From positions 1 to 31,246 of IMG/VR virus record IMGVR_UViG_3300021960_000319: 31,246 nucleotides of DNA; one strand, written 5' to 3'. Shown here piece by piece: positions 16,905-28,700 of the stretch (positions are counted from its first letter, which is position 1; each line of letters begins with the position of its first letter). The translations under genes were made by a program, and so were the position numbers. The notes under the pieces were generated by a model that saw only the letters and a program-made list of their open reading frames with translations, searched no databases and was not told the origin of the DNA. Origin of the DNA: a virus. Taxonomy: Duplodnaviria > Caudoviricetes.

Positions 16905-19900
16905 ATGGCAGATTTTAAAATAAGTAGAATTAGATATACCTGGAAGAATACTTGGGTTACAGGTACAGCATACAATCGAGACGATATCGTAAGATACGGA
17001 GCGAATACCTATGTTTGTATGATACAGCATACTGCCCAAGCAGATTTTAATAGTGATATAGCATATATTCCACCTGGCCAATCTAATGCTACTCCAAGAT
17101 GGAGAAAGATGACTGATGGTTATATCTATAGACAATCTTGGCAAACTTCTACACTTTATAATTTTAATGATGTAATAGATTACGGCGGTAATTTGTATCG
17201 TTGTAATACAGCACACACCTCTAGCGATTTTGAATCAGATTCTTCTAATTGGACTTTACATTTAGATTCTATTGACTGGAAAGGTGAATGGCAAGAAAAT
17301 ACAACTTATGGTAAAGGCGATGTTGTAAGATACAACGGCATAGTCTATGAATGCACCACAGGACACACAGCACAGTCGTTTGCAACTGGATTAGAAGCTG
17401 ATCTAGGCAAATGGACAGTCGTACATAAAAACGTAGAATATAGAGAAAGTTGGGTAGCTGACAGAGTTTATAGATTAAATGATCTAGTTAGATATGGAAG
17501 AACTATATACAGATGCACAACTTTTCATACATCAGGAAGTAACTTTGACGATTCGAAGTTTAGTGTTGAATTTTATGGATTTAATTTTAGAGGTACGTGG
17601 GATGAAGAATCATACTACGGTATCGGTGATATAGTTAGAGATGGCGGATTTGTATATTATTGTAACAGTGCTCACGTAAATCAACTTCCTAGTGATAGTC
17701 AATTAGGTATAAATCAATGGTGGAGCCAATTAGCACGTGCTACTAGATTTTTAGGAGATTGGGATGCCGACACAGTATACCTTCCAGGAGATTTAGTTAG
17801 ACGAGGTGGACAATTATGGATTGCACTTAATTTAACAAGCACTGACGGAAGTTCTTTAGATTATCTGGACGACAGCGCATGGGAATTAGTGATACCTGGC
17901 GGTAGTTGGAAAAATTTCTGGAGTCAAGGATCTACATATTCGGTAGGAGATATTGTACTATTTGATGGTTCGGCATACAAAGCCAACATCGAGCATACTG
18001 CCGATTCACAAAATTATCCAGGTGATAATGGATCAGGATATTTTTATTGGGATCTAATGATACAGTCCGGTGACGGAGTAGGATTAACAGCACAAGGCGA
18101 TTTACTAACCTATAATTTATCAAGAAGATTAGCAAATGATGGATCTACTTTCGATACAACAAATGTACCTATTGGCTCTACAGATCAAGTATTAAACATT
18201 AATAATCAAGATACTCTATTTTATAAATTCTGGGGAAGCAGTCAACAATTTATATATGTTGATAAAGATGGAGTTGATGATGACACAGATCCGCAGAGAG
18301 GACTAAATCCTTTTAAACCATATCGAACAGTTAGATTTGCCTGTGAAAAAATTGAAGATCAAAATTATTCAGGAACTAGTACAATATATATAGGACAAGG
18401 CGAATTTGAAGAAATATTACCTATAGTTGTTCCAAAAAAAACAGCCATTACCGGAACAGAAATTAGAACCACAGTAATTAAACCAAATCCAATCAATTCT
18501 AATCAATTAGCAAATCAAGCGTATAGAGAATTGTTAAGTCATTTGTCAGGTAAAATAGCGGGGATGTTCAGTGCAACTTTGGTCGATAAAACAGAAGGAA
18601 ACACACAAACTCAAGTTATTCCTACAACACCAGTAGAAAGAGTAGAGCCCGATCCGTTAGGTGGAGGTGATAGAATTGTTATAGTGAATACTCCTATTAC
18701 CGCAGAGCTTGCTACTGAGCACATTCAAACAGTCATTGGAAACATGGTTCAATATATCCAATTTAATGTTAACAGCGATGGCGCAGACGTAACAATAACA
18801 GGAATTAATACAGCTACTGAGCTTCAATACTATATTAATGCACAAACAATTTTAACACAAAACATAAATTTTCTTGTAGCTGAAGCAAAAGCATGGTTAG
18901 CAGTTAATCATGCATCAGACACATATGATAATACAATATTAACTAAAGACATTCGTAAAATTGTACGTGCTTGGATATATGATTTAACATATATTGGAAA
19001 TTATAAATCAGTAAGAGAAGCAAAATATGCCGCCTATGCAGAATTAGGTTCTAAAGGCACAGATATGTTTTATGTTCGTGATGCTACCGGCATCAGAAAT
19101 CTTACAGTTAAAGATTTAGAAGGATCACTAGCACCACCATCTATCTATGATTTGTATCAACGACCTACAGGCGGATCATATGTATCACTTGATCCAGGAT
19201 GGGGACCAAACGATCAATCTGTCTGGATTACTACTAGATCATGTTATGTACAAAACGTTACTACATTTGGTTACGCAGTAACAGGGCAAAAAATTGATGG
19301 AGCATTACATAATGGCGGTAATAAATCGATAGTATCCAACGACTTTACACAGGTAATTTCAGATGGTATCGGAGCTCATGTATTAAACAATGGACGTGCT
19401 GAATTAGTTTCGGTATTTACGTATTATGCACAGGTTGGATATCTAGCGGAAGACGGAGGTGTCATCCGTGCTACCAATGGTAACTGTTCTTATGGTAGGT
19501 ATGGAGCATTAGCAACAGGAATTGACGCAAATGAAACCCCAAGATCTGCGACAGTTAATACCAGAAATCAAGAAGCAGTTATAGCAGATGCTTTTGCTGG
19601 AGAAGTTAATGATGAAATTTTAGCACTACAATATTCAAACGCTGGTCGAAATTATACTTTAGGCAACTTTACATTTGTTGGGTCAGGAGTACAAGCATCT
19701 GTGATCGGTGATGAGATCAGAGACAATGCTATCTTTGATGTACGAATCATTAATGAGGCAAGACAGCCGTTTGATACCATAGTTCCAGATGGAAGTTTTG
19801 TTGTTGGATTAGACTACGAGATTTTAGTCGCAGGTGATACAGAATGGACCGCTATCGGTGCACCTAACAATGATGTAGGAACACAGTTTAGAGCAACAGG

Positions 19901-22670
19901 AACAGGCAGTTCAGAAGGAACCGGTACAGCATATTATGTCCCGCCATTAGCATCAGCAGGCGGTACAGGATTTATTCTAGTAGGTAACAATGCCCAGGCA
20001 GGTAATACAACAACTATTACGATCGCATCCAATGATGAAAACGAACAAGCAAACTTATTAGGAACAAGGATCATTCTTACATCTGGTACAGGTACAGGAC
20101 AATACGGGTACGTACACGCATATAATTCTCTAACAAAAGTCGTTACGGTGTATAAAGAATCAGACGGAACTCCAGGATGGGATCATGTTATTGCCGGATA
20201 TCCGATACTTTCTGTTTTGGATACGTCATCAACATATCGATTTGAACCAAGACCAGTATTTTCAGATCCAGGATTTACCCCTTCACAACAATCGTTCGGA
20301 GTGTCCACTGCATGGAGAAATATCGTTTGGGGAGAAACTACAGAGACATTAGGTGTTAAAACAGGGCAAGTAGGAACCGGGGAAGTAATTGAAGATGACG
20401 GATTAGTACCATATGCCGCTTCGTTCTTGGTAACCAAACAAGGAAGATCTTATACAGTAACTTTAGATGACGGCGGTGCTGGATATGTCCCAGGAGATAG
20501 TATCACTATTTTAGGAACAGACGTAGGAGGAGTTACTCCTGATAATGATATCAGGATAGAAGTTCTAACAACAACCGATGATAGTACAGATAGTGTAGTA
20601 ACATTCCAATATGAGGGAGTAGCAAAAAGTGGTAAATTTATTGCGACAGCATCAACAGGAACAACAGCAGTATATAGTGAAGACGGTGTAACCTGGGAAA
20701 ACGGAGATTTGCCAAGCTCAGGAGATTGGAAAGTTATCGGTGCTGGAAATAATAAATTTGTTGCAATACAGAATGATAGTAATGTAGCGGCAACATCCAA
20801 TGACGGCGTGACTTGGACATCTAGAACTTTGCCTGCTTCGTCATTATGGAATGATATAGCATACGGACAAGGAATATGGGTAGCTGTATCTGGAGCAGAT
20901 AATAGAGCGATATTTAGTGCCGATGATGGTGTAACTTGGACAAATGCAAATATTCCAAGTTTCGGAGATTCTACTGTTAACGAATGGGTAAGTGTTGCTT
21001 GGGGTAAAAATAAATTTGTTGCTATAGCAAATTCAAATAACGTGAATGCGACAGGTATATATGATGAAGACCTCAACACAATCACTTGGAATGTGACCAT
21101 AATGGATGTAATTAGCGATTCGACACAGGTTAACTGGGTGGACATCGCATACGGCAATGATAGATTTGTAGCATTAGCAGATACTGGAGAAATAGCATAC
21201 AGCTTTGACGGAACCGTATGGAACCCAAGAGACATGATTACTCCAGATGGTTCTACAATAATGAACTGGACTAGCATAAGTTATGGACAAGGATTATTTT
21301 TTGCTACTTGTGATACCGGAGGTAGACCTGTAGCAGGAGATGCTACTTCAGGACCAACGCAGATATGTGCCACATCACAAGATGGATATAATTGGACAAT
21401 TAAAGAACTTACAAATTCTCAAAATTGGAAAAAAGCAGTGTTTGGCAATCCTGATATAATCTTAGGTGATTCTAGTTTAAGAAACAATTCGCCTATGTGG
21501 TTAGTGATCACAGACAGTGTAACTCCTACATACAACAGAGTTTATACCGGTGCTAGAGCAAAAGGTAGATGTGTAGTAGAAAGCGGAAGAATCACAGCGG
21601 TAAGAATTTGGGAACCAGGTTCAGGATATTACACAACTCCAACTCTTACTATTATCGATCCAGGAAATACCAGTGAACTGTTTGTCGAAAACAGAATAGG
21701 CGATGGTGTATTAGGACAACCAAGTTGGCTTAACAGAGGTGTTGGATATAAAACTTCAACAACTACAGTAACAGTTACCGGTGACGGATTTGGAGATATT
21801 ATACCAGTAGGAAAATTTGTAACATTAAGCGATCTATCGAGGTACCCTGGACCAGGAACACAATTTATATTTGACGGAAATGCTCAGATTTATACAGTAA
21901 TTACTATTACAGAACTCGGAGACATCGGAGATGTTAACGGTCAATTATCAGCGACATTTAGAATAACTCCTGAATTAAGCATTAATGATAATTTACAACA
22001 TGCTACCGGAGTAACTATACGTGAAAGATACTCACAATGTCGTATTACAGGACACGATTTCTTAGATATAGGTACTGGTAATTTTGTTGAGACAAATTAT
22101 CCTACACTATATAGTACAGGAAATTTTGTAAGTGCACCAGAAAATGAAATAGCAGAATCGGAAGGCGGGCGAGTATTCTATACAGCTACTGATCAGTCAG
22201 GTAACTTCCGATGTGGCGAACTATTCCAAGTCGAACAGGCAACTGGTATCGTAACATTAAGTGCTGACTTCTTTCAACTAGACGGACTAAGTGAATTAGC
22301 ACTAGGCGGTGTTAGATTAGGAGGCACAGGTGCTGTTATTAGAGAGTTCTCAACAGATCCTTTATTCACAGCAGATTCAAATAATGTGGTTCCAACACAG
22401 CGTGCTATTAAAGCATATCTAGCGAATAGATTAAGCGTTGGCGGAGCAGAACTAACAACAGCAAGTTTCATTGCAGGTACTGTTAAAGTTGGTCCAGATG
22501 GAATTAATTCTACTATTAGTAGTTTTGTTAATTTTCCATCACTAGTTAGATTCGACGGTACTTCAGACGGAGTGACAGGATACGACGGAGCAGGAGAAGT
22601 CAGCGGCGCGATAGTTGCACAAACTATGTATCATGCATCCTTTGATGATGACGCTAACAGGACATCTTAA
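16905..22670 (+). CDS. Giant multidomain virion protein C1 (carbohydrate-binding-like repeats, beta-helix, beta-propeller)
   Basis: 1921 aa. N-terminal W-x5-Y-x3-D-x-V-x-Y-G repeats, a YVDKDG..D...PYRTVRFA beta-helix cap, and S-x-D-G-x-T-W Asp-box repeats at about 20620-21540. Confidence 0.75.
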   Translation: MADFKISRIRYTWKNTWVTGTAYNRDDIVRYGANTYVCMIQHTAQADFNSDIAYIPPGQSNATPRWRKMTDGYIYRQSWQTSTLYNFNDVIDYGGNLYRCNTAHTSSDFESDSSNWTLHLDSIDWKGEWQENTTYGKGDVVRYNGIVYECTTGHTAQSFATGLEADLGKWTVVHKNVEYRESWVADRVYRLNDLVRYGRTIYRCTTFHTSGSNFDDSKFSVEFYGFNFRGTWDEESYYGIGDIVRDGGFVYYCNSAHVNQLPSDSQLGINQWWSQLARATRFLGDWDADTVYLPGDLVRRGGQLWIALNLTSTDGSSLDYLDDSAWELVIPGGSWKNFWSQGSTYSVGDIVLFDGSAYKANIEHTADSQNYPGDNGSGYFYWDLMIQSGDGVGLTAQGDLLTYNLSRRLANDGSTFDTTNVPIGSTDQVLNINNQDTLFYKFWGSSQQFIYVDKDGVDDDTDPQRGLNPFKPYRTVRFACEKIEDQNYSGTSTIYIGQGEFEEILPIVVPKKTAITGTEIRTTVIKPNPINSNQLANQAYRELLSHLSGKIAGMFSATLVDKTEGNTQTQVIPTTPVERVEPDPLGGGDRIVIVNTPITAELATEHIQTVIGNMVQYIQFNVNSDGADVTITGINTATELQYYINAQTILTQNINFLVAEAKAWLAVNHASDTYDNTILTKDIRKIVRAWIYDLTYIGNYKSVREAKYAAYAELGSKGTDMFYVRDATGIRNLTVKDLEGSLAPPSIYDLYQRPTGGSYVSLDPGWGPNDQSVWITTRSCYVQNVTTFGYAVTGQKIDGALHNGGNKSIVSNDFTQVISDGIGAHVLNNGRAELVSVFTYYAQVGYLAEDGGVIRATNGNCSYGRYGALATGIDANETPRSATVNTRNQEAVIADAFAGEVNDEILALQYSNAGRNYTLGNFTFVGSGVQASVIGDEIRDNAIFDVRIINEARQPFDTIVPDGSFVVGLDYEILVAGDTEWTAIGAPNNDVGTQFRATGTGSSEGTGTAYYVPPLASAGGTGFILVGNNAQAGNTTTITIASNDENEQANLLGTRIILTSGTGTGQYGYVHAYNSLTKVVTVYKESDGTPGWDHVIAGYPILSVLDTSSTYRFEPRPVFSDPGFTPSQQSFGVSTAWRNIVWGETTETLGVKTGQVGTGEVIEDDGLVPYAASFLVTKQGRSYTVTLDDGGAGYVPGDSITILGTDVGGVTPDNDIRIEVLTTTDDSTDSVVTFQYEGVAKSGKFIATASTGTTAVYSEDGVTWENGDLPSSGDWKVIGAGNNKFVAIQNDSNVAATSNDGVTWTSRTLPASSLWNDIAYGQGIWVAVSGADNRAIFSADDGVTWTNANIPSFGDSTVNEWVSVAWGKNKFVAIANSNNVNATGIYDEDLNTITWNVTIMDVISDSTQVNWVDIAYGNDRFVALADTGEIAYSFDGTVWNPRDMITPDGSTIMNWTSISYGQGLFFATCDTGGRPVAGDATSGPTQICATSQDGYNWTIKELTNSQNWKKAVFGNPDIILGDSSLRNNSPMWLVITDSVTPTYNRVYTGARAKGRCVVESGRITAVRIWEPGSGYYTTPTLTIIDPGNTSELFVENRIGDGVLGQPSWLNRGVGYKTSTTTVTVTGDGFGDIIPVGKFVTLSDLSRYPGPGTQFIFDGNAQIYTVITITELGDIGDVNGQLSATFRITPELSINDNLQHATGVTIRERYSQCRITGHDFLDIGTGNFVETNYPTLYSTGNFVSAPENEIAESEGGRVFYTATDQSGNFRCGELFQVEQATGIVTLSADFFQLDGLSELALGGVRLGGTGAVIREFSTDPLFTADSNNVVPTQRAIKAYLANRLSVGGAELTTASFIAGTVKVGPDGINSTISSFVNFPSLVRFDGTSDGVTGYDGAGEVSGAIVAQTMYHASFDDDANRTS

Positions 22671-22678
22671 AGAAACGG

Positions 22679-22684
22679 TAAATA
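22679..22684 (+). promoter_or_regulatory. Late-promoter-like TAAATA
   Basis: In the 33-nt gap upstream of the GGAG SD. The motif recurs in other gaps (7240-7245, 30507-30512). Confidence 0.4.
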
Positions 22685-22703
22685 CTTGATAACGGAGTAA
22701 AAT

Positions 22704-25700
22704 ATGGCAGAGTTTAGATTAGGTAGAATTAGATTTGTATGGAAGGATGCGTGGGTTACAGCCACGACCTATTATGTCGATGACGTAGTAAGATACGGCG
22801 GTAAAACATATATTTGTGTGGTAGGTCACACTTCAGCCGCAGATTTCTATACTGATTTAGATATCTCTCCTTCAAAATGGAATTTAATGACAGACGGCCA
22901 ATCTTGGAAAGGTGATTGGGCGACATCTACATTTTATGCGATCGGTGATATTGTAAAATATGGTGGTAATCTTTATATCGCGAATGACAGTCATACTTCA
23001 CAATCATTATCTGCCAATGGATTAGAAGCTGACATCGCAAACTGGGATGCCTATGCCGAAGGGTTCGATTGGAAAAATAATTGGGCAACTACTACTCGTT
23101 ATAAAGCAAATGATATAGTTAGATACGGTGGACAAACTTACGTTTGTAATACAGGACACACTTCTGCATCAACCGATTCAGATGGGTTAGAAGTAGATCA
23201 AGGTAAATGGGATTATTTCAATAAAGGGTTTGAATTTAAAGGTGCATATAGTTCAGCAGGCGTTCGGTATAAAATTAATGATGTAGTTAAGCAAGGATCA
23301 AATCTTTTCCTTTGTACAACTGCTTATACATCTGCTACAAATTTTACTGCAGAACAAGCAAATTGGCAACTATGGGTACAAGGTGTTGAATTTGAAGATC
23401 AATGGAACGGTGGCGGAACTGCATACCAAGTAGGTGACATTGTTAGATATGGTGGTAATCAATATATTTCAAAAACTAATCATACAGCATCCGCATCATC
23501 ACCACCAAGCACAAATACAACAGATTGGTATCTGTTTGCAGAAAATTTTAATTGGGCTAATGACTGGGCTATTAACACTTCTTACAAAATCGGAGATGTT
23601 ACTAGAGTCAACGGAAATACATATGTGGCATTACAAGACAGTCCATCTATTTCAACAACAGCAACAGCAACAGCGGCAACTGGAAATTTAGTTACAGTAG
23701 GTGATACAACAGGAATGGTAGCTGATATGGCTATACAATTTTCTGGAACTAGCATAGACGGAATTAATAACGGTGCTACTTATTATATTGCAAATGTAGC
23801 AAGTGGCACTACAATTACTATTAAAGAAACACTAGCAGGGTCGGCAAAAACATTAACTAATGACACTGGTTCGATGACTGTTAATGCATCATTTCATCCT
23901 ATTAATACAACATATTGGAATAGACTAAACAGTGGTATTAGTTGGCAAGGCGATTGGACCGATGACAATGAATATGAAGTCGGAGATGCTGTACGATATA
24001 ATGCAAACGCTTACATCTGTGTAACAAAACATAGAGCAGAGAGCGATGACGGGTCTTCTATTGGAGTAGAAGGCGGTGGCGCAGTAAACTCAAGACCAGA
24101 TCAAGATACTTCAGGTACTTATTGGAATTTATTAAACATTGGTTCAGACACAGCGGTATTAACTACACAAGGTGACTTGGTTTATTTTGCAGGTGCAGGT
24201 CCAGCAAGATTACCAGTAGGTCAAGAAGGTCAAATTTTACGTGTAAGTACAGATTTAGAACCTGAATGGGCTACATTAGGAGTAACAGAAAATGCTTACT
24301 ATGTTGCTCCACACGGAACAGACGGTCCAGCACCAATTAATGGCAGAACTGTTGATAAACCTTGGAAAACAATTAGATATGCGTGTGAACAGATTGAAAA
24401 AGGTACTAAGTTTCCAAATGCGGCTAGATTGCTCGAACTTAATAGAGCATTTATCGCACGTGAAGTTGTAGAATGGATCGATTATCAAGTAACAAATACA
24501 ATAGCACCATTTGATGGAGCGTTTGTATACGAAGACTTCCGATGTGCTAGAGATGTCGGATTAGTGATAGATGCATTAATACATGACTTAACACACGGCG
24601 GCAATGTAAAAATTCGAGGAGCGGCACAAGCAGTTGTTGGTGCATTGGTTGAATCTGAATTAGCAGGAACAGGAAGTTATAGCAAATTAGTTGAAGAGAA
24701 AGAAGAATCAGCCGCGGCATACGGGTACTTTTTAACTCTTGTTGAAAATATATTAAATCAACAAGCGCCTTCAACAAATTATCAAACTACAAACGGTGAT
24801 AATTCAACTGCTGTTGTTTCACAATATACTGAAACAGGTATCCCAGCAGAAGCAGGAGCATTAACTAATATTACAACTAATTTAGTAATTTACACAAATG
24901 CTATTGCAGACGGAGATTCTTCAAGAATTCCGGCAAGATATGTTGAACCTGTAGTTATTATTATTAAAACAGGACAATACAGAGAAGTATTACCGATCAT
25001 TGTACCAGAACATGTTTGTTTATTAGGCGACGAAGTTCGTTCTGTGAACGCAGGTCCTGCAGGTAGCTTAGTGCATAAATCAGATGCGAAATATAGTATT
25101 GAAACTGTTAATCATCTAGTAAGTGTAATAGGTGATATTGTTAAAGGCACTTCAGTTACTCCAACTTCAGGCAATGTAACAGCACAAGAACAGGATTATC
25201 CTTTTGCTGACACACCAGAAGAAACTAGAGTCGAACAATTAGCTAGAATAATCGCTAATCAAGAAGATTTCAAAATTAATACAAATGTATTAAGAACTCT
25301 TACAGATCCTACAAACTATAATACATCATACTTGGTAGGTTATGGAGATGCTAGAAAATTAATAAAAGAAAATAAACAATTCTTCCAAGAAGAAGTTATT
25401 GCTTATATCACAGAAAACTATCCTAATGTAAAATATAGTAAAACAAAATGTAGAAGAGATGTAGGTTATATTGTTGATGCTATCGTTTATGATTTAACAT
25501 ATGGCGGTAATTACCAATCTCTTAATGCCGGATTAGCATATTATGAAGGTGCAACATTATTAGTTGATTCTACAGAAAAAGCGGCTACTGTAGCGGCATA
25601 TGGACAACTTAAAACAGCAATGGCGGCAGTAGCGGAACAATCTTCTTATACTGCATTACAAAGTACTGTTGCTCCTTATGCAGACACAGCAGGCTCTGCG

Positions 25701-28700
25701 GCGGCCAAAACTTTAATTGAAACTAATATACAAATCATCGCTGATATTGTAAATGGAGGCACTGCAAGTGCTCCAAATATTACCGTTACTGCTATTGCAA
25801 CTAACGAAGCTACAGCAACATCACATGGATTGACAGTAGGCGATTCATTTACACCAAGAACAACAGCAAACGGTTTTGTAGCAGGAACAAAATATTGGGT
25901 ATTAACTGTTCCAGGCGCTAACACATTTACAGTTTCTCAAACATTTGGTGGAAGCACTCACACATTAACTAATGGTTCAGGACTAAGCATTGTAGGCGAT
26001 GTGATTGATTATCCGGCTACTTCAGGAGTAGATCCAGGTATAATTCAAGCGGCACGAGATTTAGATGCAGGGCAAGAAACTCTGGTAACAGCATTGACTA
26101 GTTACATTAGTACTAATTATCCAAGTCTGACATATGATTCAGCTAAATGCCAGCGTGATACTAGATTGATCACAGAAGCTGTTATGTTCGACTTTATGTT
26201 TAATAGTAATTTCGCAACAAGAGTAGCTTCACATGCATATCTAAGAGGAAATGCTAGTGAAGTTTATACACTAAGCCAAAAAGCGGCAACCAGAGCGGCA
26301 TACGCAGATTTAGCCGCAACTATTGCAGGAGATACAGCAACTTATCTTAACAGTGAAGCACTAGCGGCATCTAGAACAGCAACACTATTCACTACATTAG
26401 ATGACATAATTTATATGGGATCATTTGAAGGCAATAACTGTGCAAATGGTACTAGAAATGTCGAAGCGGCTGTTTATCAGTTAGAAGTTAATAGAGCATT
26501 CTTGAAAGCAGAAGCTACTGCTTACATAGTAGATGCATATTCAGACACAGTAACAGCAACAGCTATATCAACAAATCAAATTACAATTAGTGATACAAGT
26601 TGGTTACAGAGAGGAACATCAGTTAGATTCGCTAGCGCGATCGGCGGGCTAAGTGCAAATACTACTTACTATGTAATTAAAATCGTAGATAGCACAGATT
26701 TTATTGTTTCCACAACAAGGACAGGAAGTGCAGTAACACTATCAAATGCTTCAGGAAGCGTAGCAGTAACTTTATTCTATAACACTACAGCGTGCCTAAG
26801 AGATATAGATGCTTATATAGACGCTCTCAAATACGATATTAAATATCCAGGTAATTACAAGTCATTAATGGCTTCAAGATATTACTACAATGCTGTATTA
26901 GGTTCTCTAGAAGAAGATATGTATTATGTACGTAATGCTACTGGCGTTCGTAACATGACATTAGACGGATTATCAGGAGACTTGTTAGCACCAAATACAT
27001 ACGGTACTTCAAGGGTATCAGCAGGTGCTTATGTATCACTTGATCCAGGATGGGGTCCAGATGATTATAGAACTTGGGTAACAACAAGATCATGTTATGT
27101 ACAGAACGTTACTACATTTGGTACAGCGGCTATTGGTCAGAAGATCGACGGTGCATTACACAACGGCGGTAACGATTCGATCGTTTCAAACGACTTTACA
27201 CAGGTTATCAGTGATGGTATCGGTGCTTGGGTAACCAACAATGGTAGAGCAGAACTTGTGTCTGTGTTTACATATTACTCACACATTGGTTACTTGTCAG
27301 AGAACGGTGGACGTATCCGTGGTACGAACGGTAACAACTCATATGGTGACTTTGGTTCAGTAGCAGAAGGATTTGACGCTACAGAAACCGTAGGTACAGC
27401 GGCTGTTGATAATCACAACTTTAAAGCCACTGTAGGTGAAGTATTAACTAATGGCAGTAATTTATTAGCATATGCTTTTGATAATGCAGGTAATGATTAT
27501 ACAGAAGCAACTTGGACTATTTCCGGAGCAGGAACAGGAGCAATCGCAGATCAAGACGAGTTTCGCGATGGTGCAGTATTCCAAGTTAGATTATTAGAAT
27601 TAGCGTTAGCGGGTTCTCCAGGAGAATTTGGCGGTGCTAATTACTTAACTAATCAAAACACCGCTCAGGGAGGTACTACAACAAGTATAACCATAGCGGC
27701 TGTTGATAGTGAATTAAGCACTGCATATGTTGGAATGAAGGTTTATTTAACTGGTGGAACTGGTGCTGGGCAATATGGTACTGTAGCAACTTATAATGCA
27801 GGTACTAAATTAGCAACAGTTACAAGAGAAACAGATGGAGGCGCAGGTTGGGAACATATAGTTCCAGGAACAACTATTGTTGCTCCAGATGCTTCAACAA
27901 CTTATGTGTTAGAACCGAGAATATCATTTACCGCTCCAACAACAAGTACAACAGTATCAACTATGTCAGCTTCGACAACTTGGACCAGCGCAGTTTATGG
28001 TAACACCAATGCTACATATACCGGACAAACAGGTACTTATGGTGGTACAGGATCAGGAGCGACTTGGGATGTAGTTAGAAATGGTACTAAGTACATCGTT
28101 TCAAGCGCAACTGCAGGTACAGGATATAGTAGACAGGAAACTATTACGATTGCAGGCACAAGCCTAGGTGGAACAACTACAGCAAACGATCTTACAATCA
28201 AAGTTACAAGTATAAATGCAAGCACAGGTGCTATCGAAGCATTTGAGGCTACTGGATATGGATCAGGCGGAGTTTATGTTGCTGTAGCATCAGGCGGAAC
28301 AGCGGCTTCTAGTTCAGCAGATGGCGAAACATGGACAGCAAGAACATTACCAAGCTCAGGTACATGGTCAGTAGTAGAACATGGTGAATTTGACGACGGG
28401 TCGTCAAATCTTAAAGTATCGAGATTTGTTGCATTACGTAGTGGATCAACCGCGGCGGCATACTCAGCAGATGGCGTTACTTGGACTGCATCAACATTGC
28501 CAGCATCAGCGGCATGGACAGACATAGTATTTGGTGAAGGTAGATTTGTTGCTATAGCTAGTGATAGCACTACCGTGGCTATTTCACAGGACGGTGAAGT
28601 GTGGGATATCACAGGTACATTAAATTCAACAGGCTGGACAGCAATCACACACGGTAATGGAACATTCGTTGCTGTGAAATCAGGATCACAAGATGTTGCA

